DNA of 63,848 nucleotides, filler included, from Globobulimina sp. (GCA_003354225.1; 47 parts of 47 records of this genome joined end to end with filler, not necessarily neighbours in it), one strand, 5' to 3'; shown: positions 47,638-61,116, numbered from the whole stretch's first letter. Notes: generated by a model from the letters alone, not told the origin. Translations and numbers: made by a program.

Positions 47638-48560
47638 ATATGTTGTTCCGTTAAGAGTATAATCAAATTTAATAGCAAAAGAGTTCAATGAAGTTGGTCT
47701 ATTCACAATAAAATCACATACATTATCAATAAAATCATCCATTGGATTATAAAATTTTCTCTCATATGTTCTGTACATTCCATGTATGCTTTTTATTGTA
47801 TACATTGCCTGTATGTTATTCAAATGACACACAGTGAGACAATGATTCTTTCTTAAATATAAAAGTAAATCAGTTGCAATATTCATTGATAAAACATCAA
47901 TTTTTATTTCCGATAAATTATAAAATACTGCATTCCAATCCAAACTTTTTGAAAACAATGAACAATCATAATCATAGACCCTGCGAAAATACCCAAAAGC
48001 GGGAATTTATATTGAATGGAATTTAGAGTGGGGTATAATTTTCGTACATTTTTCAAAAACAAATTTAATTTTGCACATAATATTTCGTCATTAAATAATA
48101 TTTCATTCGTAAACATTGTGTCTTCGAAATACAATGATAATTTTTTAAATTTTGATTTTTTTTGCAATGATTGATTAAAAATTGAAGCTGATAATAATTT
48201 ATCAAACTCTGTTTTAAATGTATGAATCTGAAATAATTGAATTGGCATTGAACATGATTCTAAATTTGGTATATTCCATAACCAAAAAATTGGATGAGGT
48301 GTTGCTGTCAAATCACATTTTATTGGGAGTAGAGTAGAAAGCTCTGCCTGTTGAATGGTTAATACCTTTAAATTTGAACGTTTTATCAAATATTTGTTGT
48401 TATTTTTTGATATATCAACAACTGATGATGGCTTTTCTTGGTTAATCCAAACAGATTTTATTTGATCCAAAGCTTGACTGCGTCCAGAAACTGTCAAAAA
48501 TGTTAATTGTTGAATGTTGATATTGTTTAAAAGACTATCATTCAGATCTCGAACATGCAT
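47638..48560 (-). CDS. Unknown Leu-rich (LRR/F-box-associated-like) protein, frameshifted
   Basis: Two overlapping minus ORFs with L..L.I/L..L.L patterns. Confidence 0.4.
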
Positions 48561-48997
48561 GTTTTTTAATCTTAATAATGTGAATAATTTTGGCCAGTTT
48601 GACTTAAATATTTTTCTCTTTCTTTGAGTGTTTGATACTTTATGTCCCGTAATTGATTGAATATTTCTATATTTATTTATATATTTAAGTGCATATTTAT
48701 TCGAGTATTTATTTTCCCATAATCCAGTAAAGTAGCAATTTCTGTGTCTATTAACTTTATTTGTGTGGCAATCAAATACAGATACGTACGGTCAAGAATG
48801 ACAGCTGACTGGTCAGGGAAATAAGCTGATCAGTCAGGTTATAATTACCTTAATTAAATGCATCAAATATGATCTGATCGGGGCAAATCACGTCAGANNN
48901 NNNNNNNNNNNNNNNNNNNNNNNNNNNNNNNNNNNNNNNNNTTAATTAATTAANNNNNNNNNNNNNNNNNNNNNNNNNNNNNNNNNNNNNNNNNNNN

Positions 48998-50257
48998 CGT
49001 GATATCGAATATGCGATCATATAACCGGTCGTTACAGAAAATGATCAAAATGAAAACGATTACACTGGCCTCCATTCCAAAGAAATCCACAAAACATCTC
49101 ACTTTGTCTACGGATATTATTGAATTGAATCAAATCTTGGACAATTCCACCAAATATATCGATCATTTGCGAACTGAAAAAAGGGACATTGTCAAAAATC
49201 ATTATAAAAATATCCAAATATCTGTACGATTATCAAAGAAACGGAAATTATTAAATTTATGGAAACAGCGATGTAACGAAAGACAAAATAAACGCGATAT
49301 TATGCAGAAATTATGTATGATGCAATACAAACGGCAATGTCGAGATACATTTGCTAAATTACGCATTGATAGGATTACGACAAATAAATTGGAATGTAAA
49401 CAGAATATATTTACGAAAACAAAGCAATGCTATTTATACTTAATTGCGTTTTTATTATATAAATTTATGCATTTACGCGTTGAAAATAAAAAATGTAAAA
49501 ATGAGAATGAAAAATATAATATATTCATTAAGGAAAAAACAAAGTATTTCCATACAAAAATATTGAACAATACGATAAAACATAGACTGACATTAAATTC
49601 AAAATATACGCGCTTCCTAAAAAAGGATATGTTGAAAAACTGGAAAAGTATAAACCAAATCGCTAAAATCAGAGAACATTATAAAATCACATATGCGTCA
49701 AAGGAGAAACAAAATATTATTTCCCAACATTTCTCATCGTGGTATATCACCACAAAACAAAATAAAGCTAAAATATCCGTATTATGTCATATTATCAATA
49801 CCCAAACAAATAAATTATTATGCAAATCACTGAACAAATTACAAACCTTTGCTGCTAATAATAAATATCACAGGTTTGCCACACAAAAATATATGGATAA
49901 TAGCATGAAAATATTCGATAAGAATATACAAAAACGAATATTTAAAGCATGGCTGAACTTATACCATCGGAGATTGACACAAAAACAACACCTAAATAAA
50001 TATTTGAATCATAGGAAAGCAAAGATATTACAACGTGCATTTGACAAATTCCAATTGAAATTACAGCAACAAAGATCAGTGCATTTCTTATCGAGATTAA
50101 CATCGCAACAACGAACCACAGACACATTACGCGAACAATTGACGCTAACTAAAGATATGAAGTATACATTCAGTGATTGGAGGGACACTGCACATTCACA
50201 GCGCAAATCAGACATTGCGGTGAAGGCAATGCGGAAAATATATAGAAATGTTACATT
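48998..50257 (+). CDS. Sfi1-like repeat (centrin-binding type) helical protein, partial
   Basis: Recurring (L/F)..W(K/R/L/Y) motifs: LNLWK, LKNWK, FSSWY, FKAWL, FSDWR. Confidence 0.6.
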
Positions 50258-50899
50258 NNNNNNNNNNNNNNNNNNNNNNNNNNNNNNNNNNNNNNNNNNN
50301 NTTAATTAATTAANNNNNNNNNNNNNNNNNNNNNNNNNNNNNNNNNNNNNNNNNNNNTCCGGCCGCAAAGTACCCCAGGGACCCCCGCAGCGCCGCGCGT
50401 GGTAACAGGCACGGTAGTAGGAATAGCAGCGGTGGCAGTAGTATTAGGAATAGTAATAGTAGTAGTAATAGTAGCAGCAGTAGCAGTAGCAGCCGCAGTG
50501 GGAGTAGTAACAGTATTAGTCGTATTCACCGTAATAATAGTGTTGCACCACTGACGCCGTATGTGGAGAGTCGCCCTTTGACGCCGCCGCGCGGTGGATG
50601 GGAAGATGCGACCCTTGACATCGCAGTGCCATGAGTTACAAGATTCGAAGACGTAAGACAATGATTAAGAATAGAAGCAAATAATCGTGATGTTTAATTA
50701 ATATTTTTTTTAATTACAGTATTATGAAAACAGGGATCTTTTTGTCCAGAAACGGTTTAAATATCCGACCTAAAAAACAAGATTAATTTTCACAACGTGA
50801 GGAGTTTTCGCTGTCGTTTTCAATCCTTTCGTGAAATGATGTTGAAATTAATTGGGCATTTAGTAACAATAAATTATATGTTAAATGACGCAATTTATA

Positions 50900-51617
50900 T
50901 AATTGATAATGAAATTGATGTTCGTATTGTGGCGGATGACAACGAGCTTTGTAATGTGGGACGGATAGAATTTTATGACGGTGAAAATTGGGGATCATTT
51001 AGTGATTGTTCCATGCAAATGACTCATGACATTGCTTCTTCAATTTGTCAAACATTAGGTACCAAAATAACAAAATACAGACATATAATTATATTAATTT
51101 ATACAATATTATATAGGATGGGACCGAGCAGAATCTTTTCACCATGGTCCTTATGCAAATAATACAGATCCAAGTCCAACCACACCACAATACATAGCTT
51201 ATTCAAGTATTTATTGCCCAGATATCTGCAGTGCGTATGATTGTGATATTTGTGTAAATTGTCAAATATCAAATGATTTTGATAGTAAATGTTCAAATAT
51301 GTCCATCAATAAAGTACATTCATCGTATGATATTTATGTAAGGTGTGGCAATGTTGTGGCTAATCCATCATCGGATTTATATAATTGTACTGATTATATT
51401 TATGCGGCGAATACCGCTGCAAAACAAATCTATAATAATACAGAATGGCATTCCGATGCGTTTGGTTCATGTAACGGTGCGTTTCAAGGTGATGATAGAG
51501 AGAAACATAGCGATTTGTGGAAATTATTAGTTGCTGTGGGAATAATAGTTGCTGTGGTTTTATGTATGCTCATTTATTGTAAATCGAAGAGACGAATGCC
51601 ACATAAAAAATTTACGA
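50900..51617 (+). CDS. SRCR-like domain single-pass membrane protein, multi-exon
   Basis: VRIV...GRIEFYDGENWGSFSD...ASSICQTLG; later DIYVRC and a TM helix; introns near 51059-51116 and 51236-51285. Confidence 0.7.
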
Positions 51618-51717
51618 NNNNNNNNNNNNNNNNNNNNNNNNNNNNNNNNNNNNNNNNNNNNTTAATTAATTAANNNNNNNNNNNNNNNNNNNNNNNNNNN
51701 NNNNNNNNNNNNNNNNN

Positions 51718-52577
51718 TGAAGCTCACTATGATCGCTATAAACCCGATTTAAATCCCATGCAACCGATATATCATAACCATTTTGTAAAAATCTGCTTTG
51801 TTGTTCCACCAAAGTTGCATATTTTTTATAAGACATTAATTCCAAATCGCGTTCATGTAAATTCTTAATCAATTGTTTCCCGAATGCATCATTTGGCAAA
51901 ATCTGTTCATAAATACTGAAACAACAACCATTTGTAAATAATTTGGCTGTGTCTCTTATAATAATCTCTGATTTCTGCCATGGGATATAAATTAATACGC
52001 ATTCAGATATAAATAGGGTTGGATACGCATAATTTATCAATTTCCTGTCATTTAAATATTTTATAATCTCATTCCATTTGGTCAAATCTCCCGGGATTAA
52101 TACGTATTTATCACTAAAAATGGTGGCGGTTTTTATATCGATTTGGGGTTTGGAGCCTAAAATTTTAGCATTTAAAAATAAGTTTGCGTTATGATTTAGT
52201 GACATTATTTTGCGTGAACAGGTTTGATAAATATCAATTTCTATAAATTTTGCCAACGTTTTATCGAAAAGCTGTGGATATAAATCGTGTAATCGCCAGA
52301 ATGTAGTATCAATACCGCCGCCTAAACTTATTATTTGTTTTGGTGAGCCTTTGATGCATAGATTTGCTTTCAAAAAATCAACTATTATTTTATCAAAGGA
52401 TGCAACGCGAACATAATATCCACGATTTATTATTGGCGATCGTCGAACGTGTTTTTTATTTTTAAACAATTCTTCTAAAAATTTATCTTCGTAATATTTT
52501 AATCGTACACATGATAATTTGCTCAATATCGCATCATCTGCGGTGGCAGCGACTGGCTCAAGAGCTTGGCGACGCAT
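51718..52577 (-). CDS. LCMT1: Leucine carboxyl methyltransferase 1 (PP2A methyltransferase), 3' partial
   Basis: TADDAILSKLS, RSPIINRGYYVR, QIISLGGGIDT, PTLFISECVLIY, DAFGKQ. Confidence 0.93.
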
Positions 52578-53178
52578 TCTCCTTTTTAGACAAGACTGTA
52601 AAGATAAGATTGTCGAAAGCAGTTTTTTGAGTTTAAGCATATGATATAAAATAAAAAAAGTGTTAACCATGGATTAGTGCTTTAAAAAAATGGAACTGGG
52701 ATGAGACAAATGCAATTAGTTGGTTAAGGGTTTAGCCCCGGTCTTGTTTGTGAAAAACAATATTTATTGTTTACGCTTGCTGCTAGTTTTCCATACATAA
52801 ATCTTCTTCTATTTTAATCCTAATAATTATATAATGATAATAAACCATTAATGCTTTAATAATCTATGTTCCTTTTGTTATTTTGAAAGCGCTCCATGCT
52901 CCATGTGAACCTCAGCTAAAACAGTAACATTTTGAAAACTTATCAGTCAATGCTCTCGATAATGTCTCTGAAAGTTNNNNNNNNNNNNNNNNNNNNNNNN
53001 NNNNNNNNNNNNNNNNNNNNTTAATTAATTAANNNNNNNNNNNNNNNNNNNNNNNNNNNNNNNNNNNNNNNNNNNNCATTATAATTTGTAAAATACAACG
53101 TGATAAAGATGCATTTTCACGTTATATTATAAATAATTTTATATTATATAAATAATAATATCATCCATTCCATTCCAT

Positions 53179-53260
53179 ATCTCACCGTAGGATTCGAACC
53201 TACATCCATTTGGTTTGTGTTTCATTCAAACCAATGCTCTGTCAATTGAGCTAGGTGACC
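53179..53260 (-). ncRNA. tRNA-like element with an extended anticodon arm
   Basis: TAGCTCAATTGACAGAGC; 8-bp stem TTGGTTTG/CAAACCAA; T arm GTAGG-TTCGAAT-CCTAC. Confidence 0.7.
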
Positions 53261-54787
53261 AATTGGATGTGGAGGACTATTTTTCAAATGACTTTTTGAT
53301 TGCATATACATGCATAGATAGGAGAGGAAGGAGTACTTTTAATCAATTCACGCTCCTTGCATGCAATGCACTAAGTGTTCTTCGAAGTTTTAAGTATTAG
53401 CTCTCAGAAAATAGTTAGTTAGCAGTAGTCAATTAGTTGATTGCATTTACAAACTGCTTCTATAATATGTTAGATATATTTTCATGAATTCCATCTTAAT
53501 TTCAAATTGAAGAATAAAATATTGTGATAATTTATTAAATTTTGTTGTTCTACTCTGCACTTCCATGATATCAACTCATATTTTGATAATCAAACGTCTG
53601 GATCTATGTATATATGCACATATATTATCCAATACCATTTTCCTATGATACCATGACAGTGCCTTTGGTGGGAATAAAATATGTTCTAATGTCAAATCAA
53701 TGGTATATTTCTCAAATATTTCCGCTACACAACTCAAAAAAAAATGTCTTTCCTCAGCATATTTAGTACATTCTATCATATAATGATATACAGTTTCTTT
53801 GATTCCACAGTTTCTTTTCGCACGCGAGTGATAATATTGATATAGTGAGTATACTGACCCGAGCCAATAGAGATTCCAACCCATACATAACCTCACACAC
53901 GAACACAAACACCTCAGATCAAACAGACTCGGATATAGTGGATCTATCAATGATTCCAAATCAAAAAAGGAAAGACAATGAAAGTGCGATCACAAATCAG
54001 AAACCACAAAAGATTAGAAAAAGATATCACTCCCACCCAATGAAGAAACGGAGAAAGCCACAGCCGCCAAAATAGCCAACCAATCAATAACTCCGTCCCT
54101 ACATTAATCCATTTTTTTTCAAGTAATAAAAAATCGAATTTAAATTATAGCTTTACAATACTTATAACAGCATATAGATCAGGTCGATACTACTATAAGT
54201 AGTCTACAATAAATCCAATGAGTGCTTGTGAGTGTAACAATAAGCAATCTACGGTTTACCTTACACAATCTTGCTTGACCCAATCCAAACCATTAGACTA
54301 CTGCTAACTAACTATTTTCTGAGAGTGAACTCAAANNNNNNNNNNNNNNNNNNNNNNNNNNNNNNNNNNNNNNNNNNNNTTAATTAATTAANNNNNNNNN
54401 NNNNNNNNNNNNNNNNNNNNNNNNNNNNNNNNNNNCGAACATATAATTTTTTGGGTGCTTTCTTTCCGTTGAGATCAACCAATTGAATGTGTTCCAAATC
54501 ATCGCAAATGCTTCATTTTTAATTATTTTATGATTTATTTGTTGTAATTGCTGCGCTCGATATTTTAATTTATGACATTCCGTTATTTTTAACACACATT
54601 GAGACTGAACATATATTGTATTATTATTCGCTTCAATATTATTTGTGGATAATAACAGTTTAACAATACGTTTCCTTGGTTTTGCCGAGGAACAATATTT
54701 TTTCATCACCACGCCAGAGGTGAAATATTTAATATAATCATATCAACAAACCTGTAATTACCTGAATTAAGGCGCCATACCGCCAAT

Positions 54788-54856
54788 ATCCCACGCCAGG
54801 ATTTGAACCTGGATCCCTGCATAAAAGCAGTGCTCTTCTAATTGAGCTACGTGAGA
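54788..54856 (-). ncRNA. tRNA-like element with a shortened anticodon arm
   Basis: Acceptor TCTCACG/CGTGGGA; CTGC-TTTTAT-GCAG; T arm CCAGG-TTCAAAT-CCTGG. Confidence 0.7.
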
Positions 54857-55794
54857 CTTATACGCCAGCAAATCGCCAACAAACAAAATTAATATGTTTT
54901 GTTGGCGTATAGATATAAAAGCTATTTAAGACCTGTTCGATAGGATTGTGACTATGGTGGAAAAGCGTTTTTGAACTGACAAAAAAATCAGTACTTATCG
55001 GAAAGCCCTATTGGTTTTACATTTCATTGTGTGTCTGATACTGTACAATCCTTGTTTTCAGGATGTATACAAAAGAGAGTGATGCGGTCGGAGAGTGATG
55101 CGGTCGTGAAAGAGAGTGATGTTTTTTATATGATATTGTATTGGGTTGGAATATATTGTATGGCAAACGGTGCAATTCAACTCACACAAACACAGCAAAA
55201 ATCAGCCACAGATGAAAGCCAACAACAATCCGAGACTCAACTGTTCGTAAAAGGCCGTGATGATATCAATAATGAATCCGTTGATGATTTTTAAATAACA
55301 GAAGTCAATAAAATCGTGCCTGGGAATTAACGTGTTTCTAAAAATAAAGTTTTGTGCGTAGCACGTCAACATATCCATATTGTGCGTTTTTCTAATGATT
55401 GTAAATAAATTTCTTTCTTTGTATAATATTGACTTATTGATACGGCGCAACGCCGATTTCAAGTCTGTTATAAGCGCCAATGCGATAGCGACCTGTGCAG
55501 CGATGATGCGCGCTTTTTGGGATAAAACGAGATCATCCTTACTTGGCAAACGCGAGAGAGAAGATGTAGCCGTAGCCACACCGGCTGAAATTACTGGCAT
55601 GGTGGATGGCGACCTGGATGGTGACCTGGATGGCGAAGTTGAGGAAATCATCATGCGAAATCATAGAGGCACCGTCAGCCAGGACGATGACAGGNNNNNN
55701 NNNNNNNNNNNNNNNNNNNNNNNNNNNNNNNNNNNNNNTTAATTAATTAANNNNNNNNNNNNNNNNNNNNNNNNNNNNNNNNNNNNNNNNNNNN

Positions 55795-56267
55795 CTTTTT
55801 AATTGACGCAAAATTTCTTCTTTTTTTGCATCAATTCGTTGCAATAAATTGTTAAATGCTGACTCGATCTTTGCATGACAGGCTTTGATGTTTTTGGTCA
55901 ACGAATCATTGCATATTTTAATTTGTTGTTTGTAATCTAATATTTTCGCCTTGTATTCATTCAATTTGTCGGTGGCCTCTTCCTCTTCTTGGCTGATATA
56001 TATTCGGATTACTTTGCCGCTCATATTATTAATAACGGCACCGATTTGCTGTATTGCTGTCATAAGACTTGGAATAATATACGTTTTACTGAGAAATGAT
56101 TGGTCAGACATCAATTTAAAAAATTCTGCCGATGTTGTGTTTAATGTATGCATATTTGTCATTTTATGTTTCACCAACAACTGTTTTATCTCACTCAGTT
56201 TATTGTCTTCAATCCAGTCATCAAAATTGAATTCTTTCTCGCCTTCACTATCAGTGTTAACTTGCAT
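55795..56267 (-). CDS. Unknown protein: SAM-like N-terminus plus coiled coil, 3' partial
   Basis: FDDWIEDNKLSEIKQLL...; IESAFNNLLQRIDAKKEEIL. Confidence 0.55.
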
Positions 56268-56656
56268 TTGTACAGTAACTTTAAAGAGGAAGCGCCATTA
56301 CGGTCAACACCTGAGTGGAATTTTTATTTATCTATTCTGAACCAAAAACCCGAACGATGCGACTGCAGAATTAAAATTATGGTTAAGATGGATTGGGTTC
56401 ATTGGGTGCGAAATTACTGCAAAAAGGATTAAAAACAAAAGAAGAATTATTATGGTTGACCAAGAGGAAATTGATGCAATCTGTACAGAGAATGATATTC
56501 CATTATTTGGAAAAAAAAGGTTCCAAATGAAATTATTAGCATTGTTACGCTTTTCGAAAGGGTTTACCTATTTGGATTCAGAATAATTGTAGAAATTTGA
56601 ACAATTCTCAAATCCTGAAAAAAGGTGGTATTAAATATTTGTATTTTTAGTGGAAA

Positions 56657-56883
56657 AAGGTGGAAAAGATACTCCAAATTCCACAATTTTAGTATTTTCA
56701 TCTTTTTTGCAATATCATTACTTTTTAGAATTTATGGAAATTTGTAATATTTCTTCAAAAAATGGCAGAAAATGCGTTATATTTGTGAAAATTTTCAAGA
56801 TTGAATGATATTCAAAAAGTAACGATATTGCAAAAAAGATGAAATTATTAAAATTGTGGAATTTGGATTATCTTTTCCACCTT
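56657..56883. repeat. Foldback/MITE-like element
   Basis: ~75-bp imperfect inverted arms: aaggtggaaaagata... and ...tatcttttccacctt. Confidence 0.85.
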
Positions 56884-57309
56884 CGTAGTGTTGATAGGTG
56901 GTGAAAACACCCATTTGACACGTGTGTGTTAGAACCAAATTAGAAACACACTGCAGTGATCACACTGTCGTGACAACGGGTGTTTGTAATTATGTTGTAT
57001 ACACTGTTGTCACTGTATGTGATAACGGATAGTGATGATAAAGTGATCACGATNNNNNNNNNNNNNNNNNNNNNNNNNNNNNNNNNNNNNNNNNNNNTTA
57101 ATTAATTAANNNNNNNNNNNNNNNNNNNNNNNNNNNNNNNNNNNNNNNNNNNNCAAACAACAGAGTTCAATTCTCTGTCGTTTCTAGAATAGTCCTTTTT
57201 ATTTGGAGAATATAATTGTGAACAACCATTTTAATACAGAAACATTGTACTTTTCCAACCCCTTTAGATTACTGAAACGTGCATTTTTAAGCTAAGTTAG
57301 CTAACAATC

Positions 57310-58412
57310 ATGTCTTCCCAAATCTATTTTGAAGCGCAAGACGATGCGTTTCAACTTTGCGGACAGCATTCACTAAACAATTTATTACAAGGTGCATATT
57401 TCACAGCATTTGATTTAGGTGCTATTGGCGCAAAATTAGATGAACAAGAAGCAATGCTATATAACGATTCAACTAAATCCCTTCATAAACAAAATTGTTA
57501 CAAAAACGTGTCATTGTCTGGCTCCTTCTCTATCGATGTATTAATTGCTGCATTAAATACAATGAACTTAACTGCAATGTCGCTATCCCATCCACAATGT
57601 TGCTCTGTTAAGCACCATCCACAAACAGAACAAGCGTTTCTTATCAATTATGACGGCCATTGGATGTCATATAGAAAAATAAGTAACATTTGGTATAATT
57701 TAAATAGCATTGCAAACTATGCCCATATCGAAGCGCAGCCAGTACACATATCTGACTTTTATTTAACTGCAACACTCTCAAAATTACAAAACAATGGCTT
57801 TCAGATCTTTGTCATTCGAGGAACGTTCCCAAAAAACACTGACAACGCTCCTAAAATGAATGAATTGAAACATGAATACAAATGGTATGAAGCACGAGAT
57901 ATAAATACACATAACAAATTACACAAATTATCCACGGAAATTAGCAATAAACAAAGAGAAAATAACTACGTTTTTGAACAAGGTTTTCATATCAAATGGA
58001 ATATAAAACCATTACAAACCAAGGATATAAATGTCATATTAAAGAAACAAAAGTATTTATGTGCCAGTTGTGGATGTAGATTGGTGTCAAATTTCCTATC
58101 AAAAAAATCGTATTTATTGTGCCAATATTTAGGGAATATGCATTGTATTAAATGTCATAAAAGAGACAAATCTGTGATACCGTCGCAAGTGTTAAATACA
58201 TTAAATTGCAAAGCATTGAATGTCTGTGTGTATGCAAAAGCGTTTTTAGATAAAATGTATTTTATACCCTGTATTAGTATGGATATGTTCAATGGGAAAA
58301 ATAAAAAAATTGGAAAAAATAAAAAATTACAAAAGTTGAAGCAATTATTATTTCAATTGATGGGAATGAAGGGATATATTGATGGGAATGAAGGGAAATG
58401 TATGAACGGGAA
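57310..58412 (+). CDS. Josephin (ataxin-3-like) deubiquitinase fused to a Rubicon-homology zinc domain, 3' partial
   Basis: IYFEAQ...LCGQHSLNNLLQG, GHW, WYNLNS; then QKYLCASCG...CQYLG..HC..CH....VIP....LNVC. Confidence 0.85.
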
Positions 58413-59732
58413 NNNNNNNNNNNNNNNNNNNNNNNNNNNNNNNNNNNNNNNNNNNNTTAATTAATTAANNNNNNNNNNNNNNNNNNNNNNNNNNNNNNNN
58501 NNNNNNNNNNNNTTCGTTGTGATACTTTCTCTGTACTTTTTTTTCCTTTTTTTGATCGTGAAAATTATTGTTTATGAATGAGAACAGAAATTTTGGAAAG
58601 TGTGTCGCGATTTGTGAATTGTGATTTCAAAATTTTTGCAAGTTATCGTAAAATATTAATATGATAATAGAAAATTATTTGCGACGGTGATAACAGCCAT
58701 TCAGAGTCATACAAACTACAAACTTTCACTTTTTAAATTTTTTATTTTATATCACTTAAATCTCAGCAACAATCCATGTAATATAATACCAACACTTTCC
58801 TGTAATATAGTATTCCAGGATTTATTAACTTCATTACTGACAATAATATCTGCCTTCATTGTTGGATATGCTACGAATGAATTGAAATTAAGCATAATTA
58901 TAAATGGTAGTGTTTCCATATTGTATGCCATTAAAAATATGATTGAATTTAACAGCGGTGATATTTTAATATTTGATGCAAGCACATCAGAACAAATAGT
59001 TCATGGAATTGAGAGCATCTGTGATGCTTCAAGTTGCCCACAAGAATTAAGGTCAAAAAATCAAACATTAAGTGAGAATAGAATAGGAGTGCAAATAAGA
59101 TATTATAAATGAATATTGTAATGAGTTATAGCTGCATGTATCTGAAATTCTGAATGTGTGTTTTTATTTGGAACACTTGCTTTGTTCCAACGTGCGCATG
59201 CATGCTTCTTGTTCACTGACCGCTGATCATCACTGACCGCTGATGACCGCTTCTCTGTTGGATAACCACACCTCCTTCTCTCAGTCAAACAGTTGTCTTA
59301 TAAATTGCAATGTCAACTGAAGTGCAGGAAAGCTGTATTACATTATGTGAAGATAAGCAGTATGTTACACTTTGTGAATTGAGACAGCGCATCGATTCGA
59401 AAAGATAATAATGTCGCCCATTTTATCACCACTCTGTATAAAGTCAGACTGAATTAGGATGATATGCGACATGCACAAATACGAATTGATAATAATTGTT
59501 CTTGTTCATCTATTGTTAGATGTGATGTTATCATAAATTTAATATCAATCCCATGAGATGGTTCTTGGAGTAATTGTGCGGCATAAATATCGCGTGTAGT
59601 TTTACAAATGTTTCAAGTGCAGTTGAAAGAAACGAATTCAACCCGAAAGTACGTACTCAAATGTACGACGCGCGAAAGTCATCCAATAGTACGACGCGCG
59701 AAAGTCATTTGCAAGCATATATGTACGCGCGT

Positions 59733-59765
59733 TGCCCCAAGGGGCCCAAAAGGCCCCTTGGGGCA
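59733..59765. repeat. Perfect GC-rich hairpin (14-bp stem, 5-nt loop)
   Basis: tgccccaaggggcc-caaaa-ggccccttggggca. Confidence 0.85.
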
Positions 59766-59871
59766 CCTTCGNNNNNNNNNNNNNNNNNNNNNNNNNNNNN
59801 NNNNNNNNNNNNNNNTTAATTAATTAANNNNNNNNNNNNNNNNNNNNNNNNNNNNNNNNNNNNNNNNNNNN

Positions 59872-60934
59872 CAATCGGTCGTTTACTGACTGTTCTGGAA
59901 TCTACATACCAAATACCACCTGGTGTTCTTAATTGGCTGCAATCTTTTCTTGTCGACATGGTCCACCAAATTAGAGTCAATGGTTGCCTATCAACACAAC
60001 GTGAAGTCATTTCTGGAATCCCTCAAGGTTCCATTTTGGGCCCTATTTTATTTAATGCATATGTGGCTCCAGTGCAACAATTAATTCTATCAAATTCTAC
60101 TACTACCATTGGTTATGCAGATGACCTAGTTTATTTGAAAAAGTCACAATCTCTGGAAGAACAAAGGGACGTTGTTAAAGACATTAATGCAATATCTAAC
60201 TGCTATCACAGTATGGGATTGGATCTTAATGTTAACAAGACAAAATTTTTACTATTCACCTTAGCCGACAGAAATCCAAAACCTGAATTAGAAATTTCAC
60301 CATCAATCTCTGGTCGTCAATTAGAGCAAGTTATGTCCTATATAAGTATTTGGGCATATGGTTGGATCCAAAACTTTCTTGGGCTGAACATTGCACCAAA
60401 ACAACTCTTAAGTGCAAACGAGCTATTGGTGCCTTTGCTAGAACATGTCGTCGTTATGTACCTCAACCAGTCTTCAAGAAATTGTACTGTCAGACTATTT
60501 TACCATCACTTATTTATTCGATACCTGTTGTATGGCCAATCTATGCTAAGGATCAAAGAAAGTATGAATCTGTGCACAAGTATGCAGCAAAACTATCAAC
60601 AAATAATTTCGTGCTTCCCTATCATACACTTCTGTTACAACTTGGATGGCATTCTATAGAGTCAATGGTATCATATCGAAGACTGACATTATTTTATAAA
60701 TATCATCATGGGTTACGATATTTTCCTGCCAACATAATTCATCCAAAAACGTCTGAAGTGCGTACAAGAGGAAGCATAATAAACTCTCATCAATATGTTG
60801 TACCAGTTTATACACGTGATCGCTGCAATAAGCTATCTCTTATATATTGTATTAAGGATTGGAACCAATTATCTGACAGTATTATTGATATGGACTTGTT
60901 TCACTTTAAAAAAGCAGTGAGATGCCGTAGGTGA
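59872..60934 (+). mobile_element. LINE reverse transcriptase 3' half (CR1/L2/Jockey-like), single frameshift near 60340
   Basis: SGIPQGSILGPILFNAY, YADD, then YKYLGIWLDPKLSW in the next frame. Confidence 0.93.
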
Positions 60935-61026
60935 GGCAGTTTTAACTAATATTACTAACAACTGCACTCACTCGCGCGGTGTCCCACTGCTTTGAGTGTA
61001 GTATAAATAAACTATGTATGTGAATG

Positions 61027-61116
61027 TATTGTGCAAAGCATCCAGTGTAATGTACAAAGCATACAGTAATGTAATGTACAAAGCATGCAGTAATGTAATG
61101 TACAAAGCATACAGTA
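61027..61116. repeat. ~24-bp minisatellite
   Basis: gtaatgtacaaagcat(a/g)cagtaat repeated 3-4 times. Confidence 0.8.

Noticed and set aside
50358-50661. Thr/Ala-rich minus-strand ORF
   Set aside because: Product of a GTA/GCA triplet tract that is open in several frames; strand cannot be determined.
53179-53260. Intron-containing tRNA-Phe(GAA)
   Set aside because: The implied intron would be only ~8 nt, the D-loop GG is missing and the first two acceptor pairs mismatch.
58687-59112. Overlapping plus and minus ORFs of 77-141 aa
   Set aside because: No recognisable motif and no way to choose a strand.
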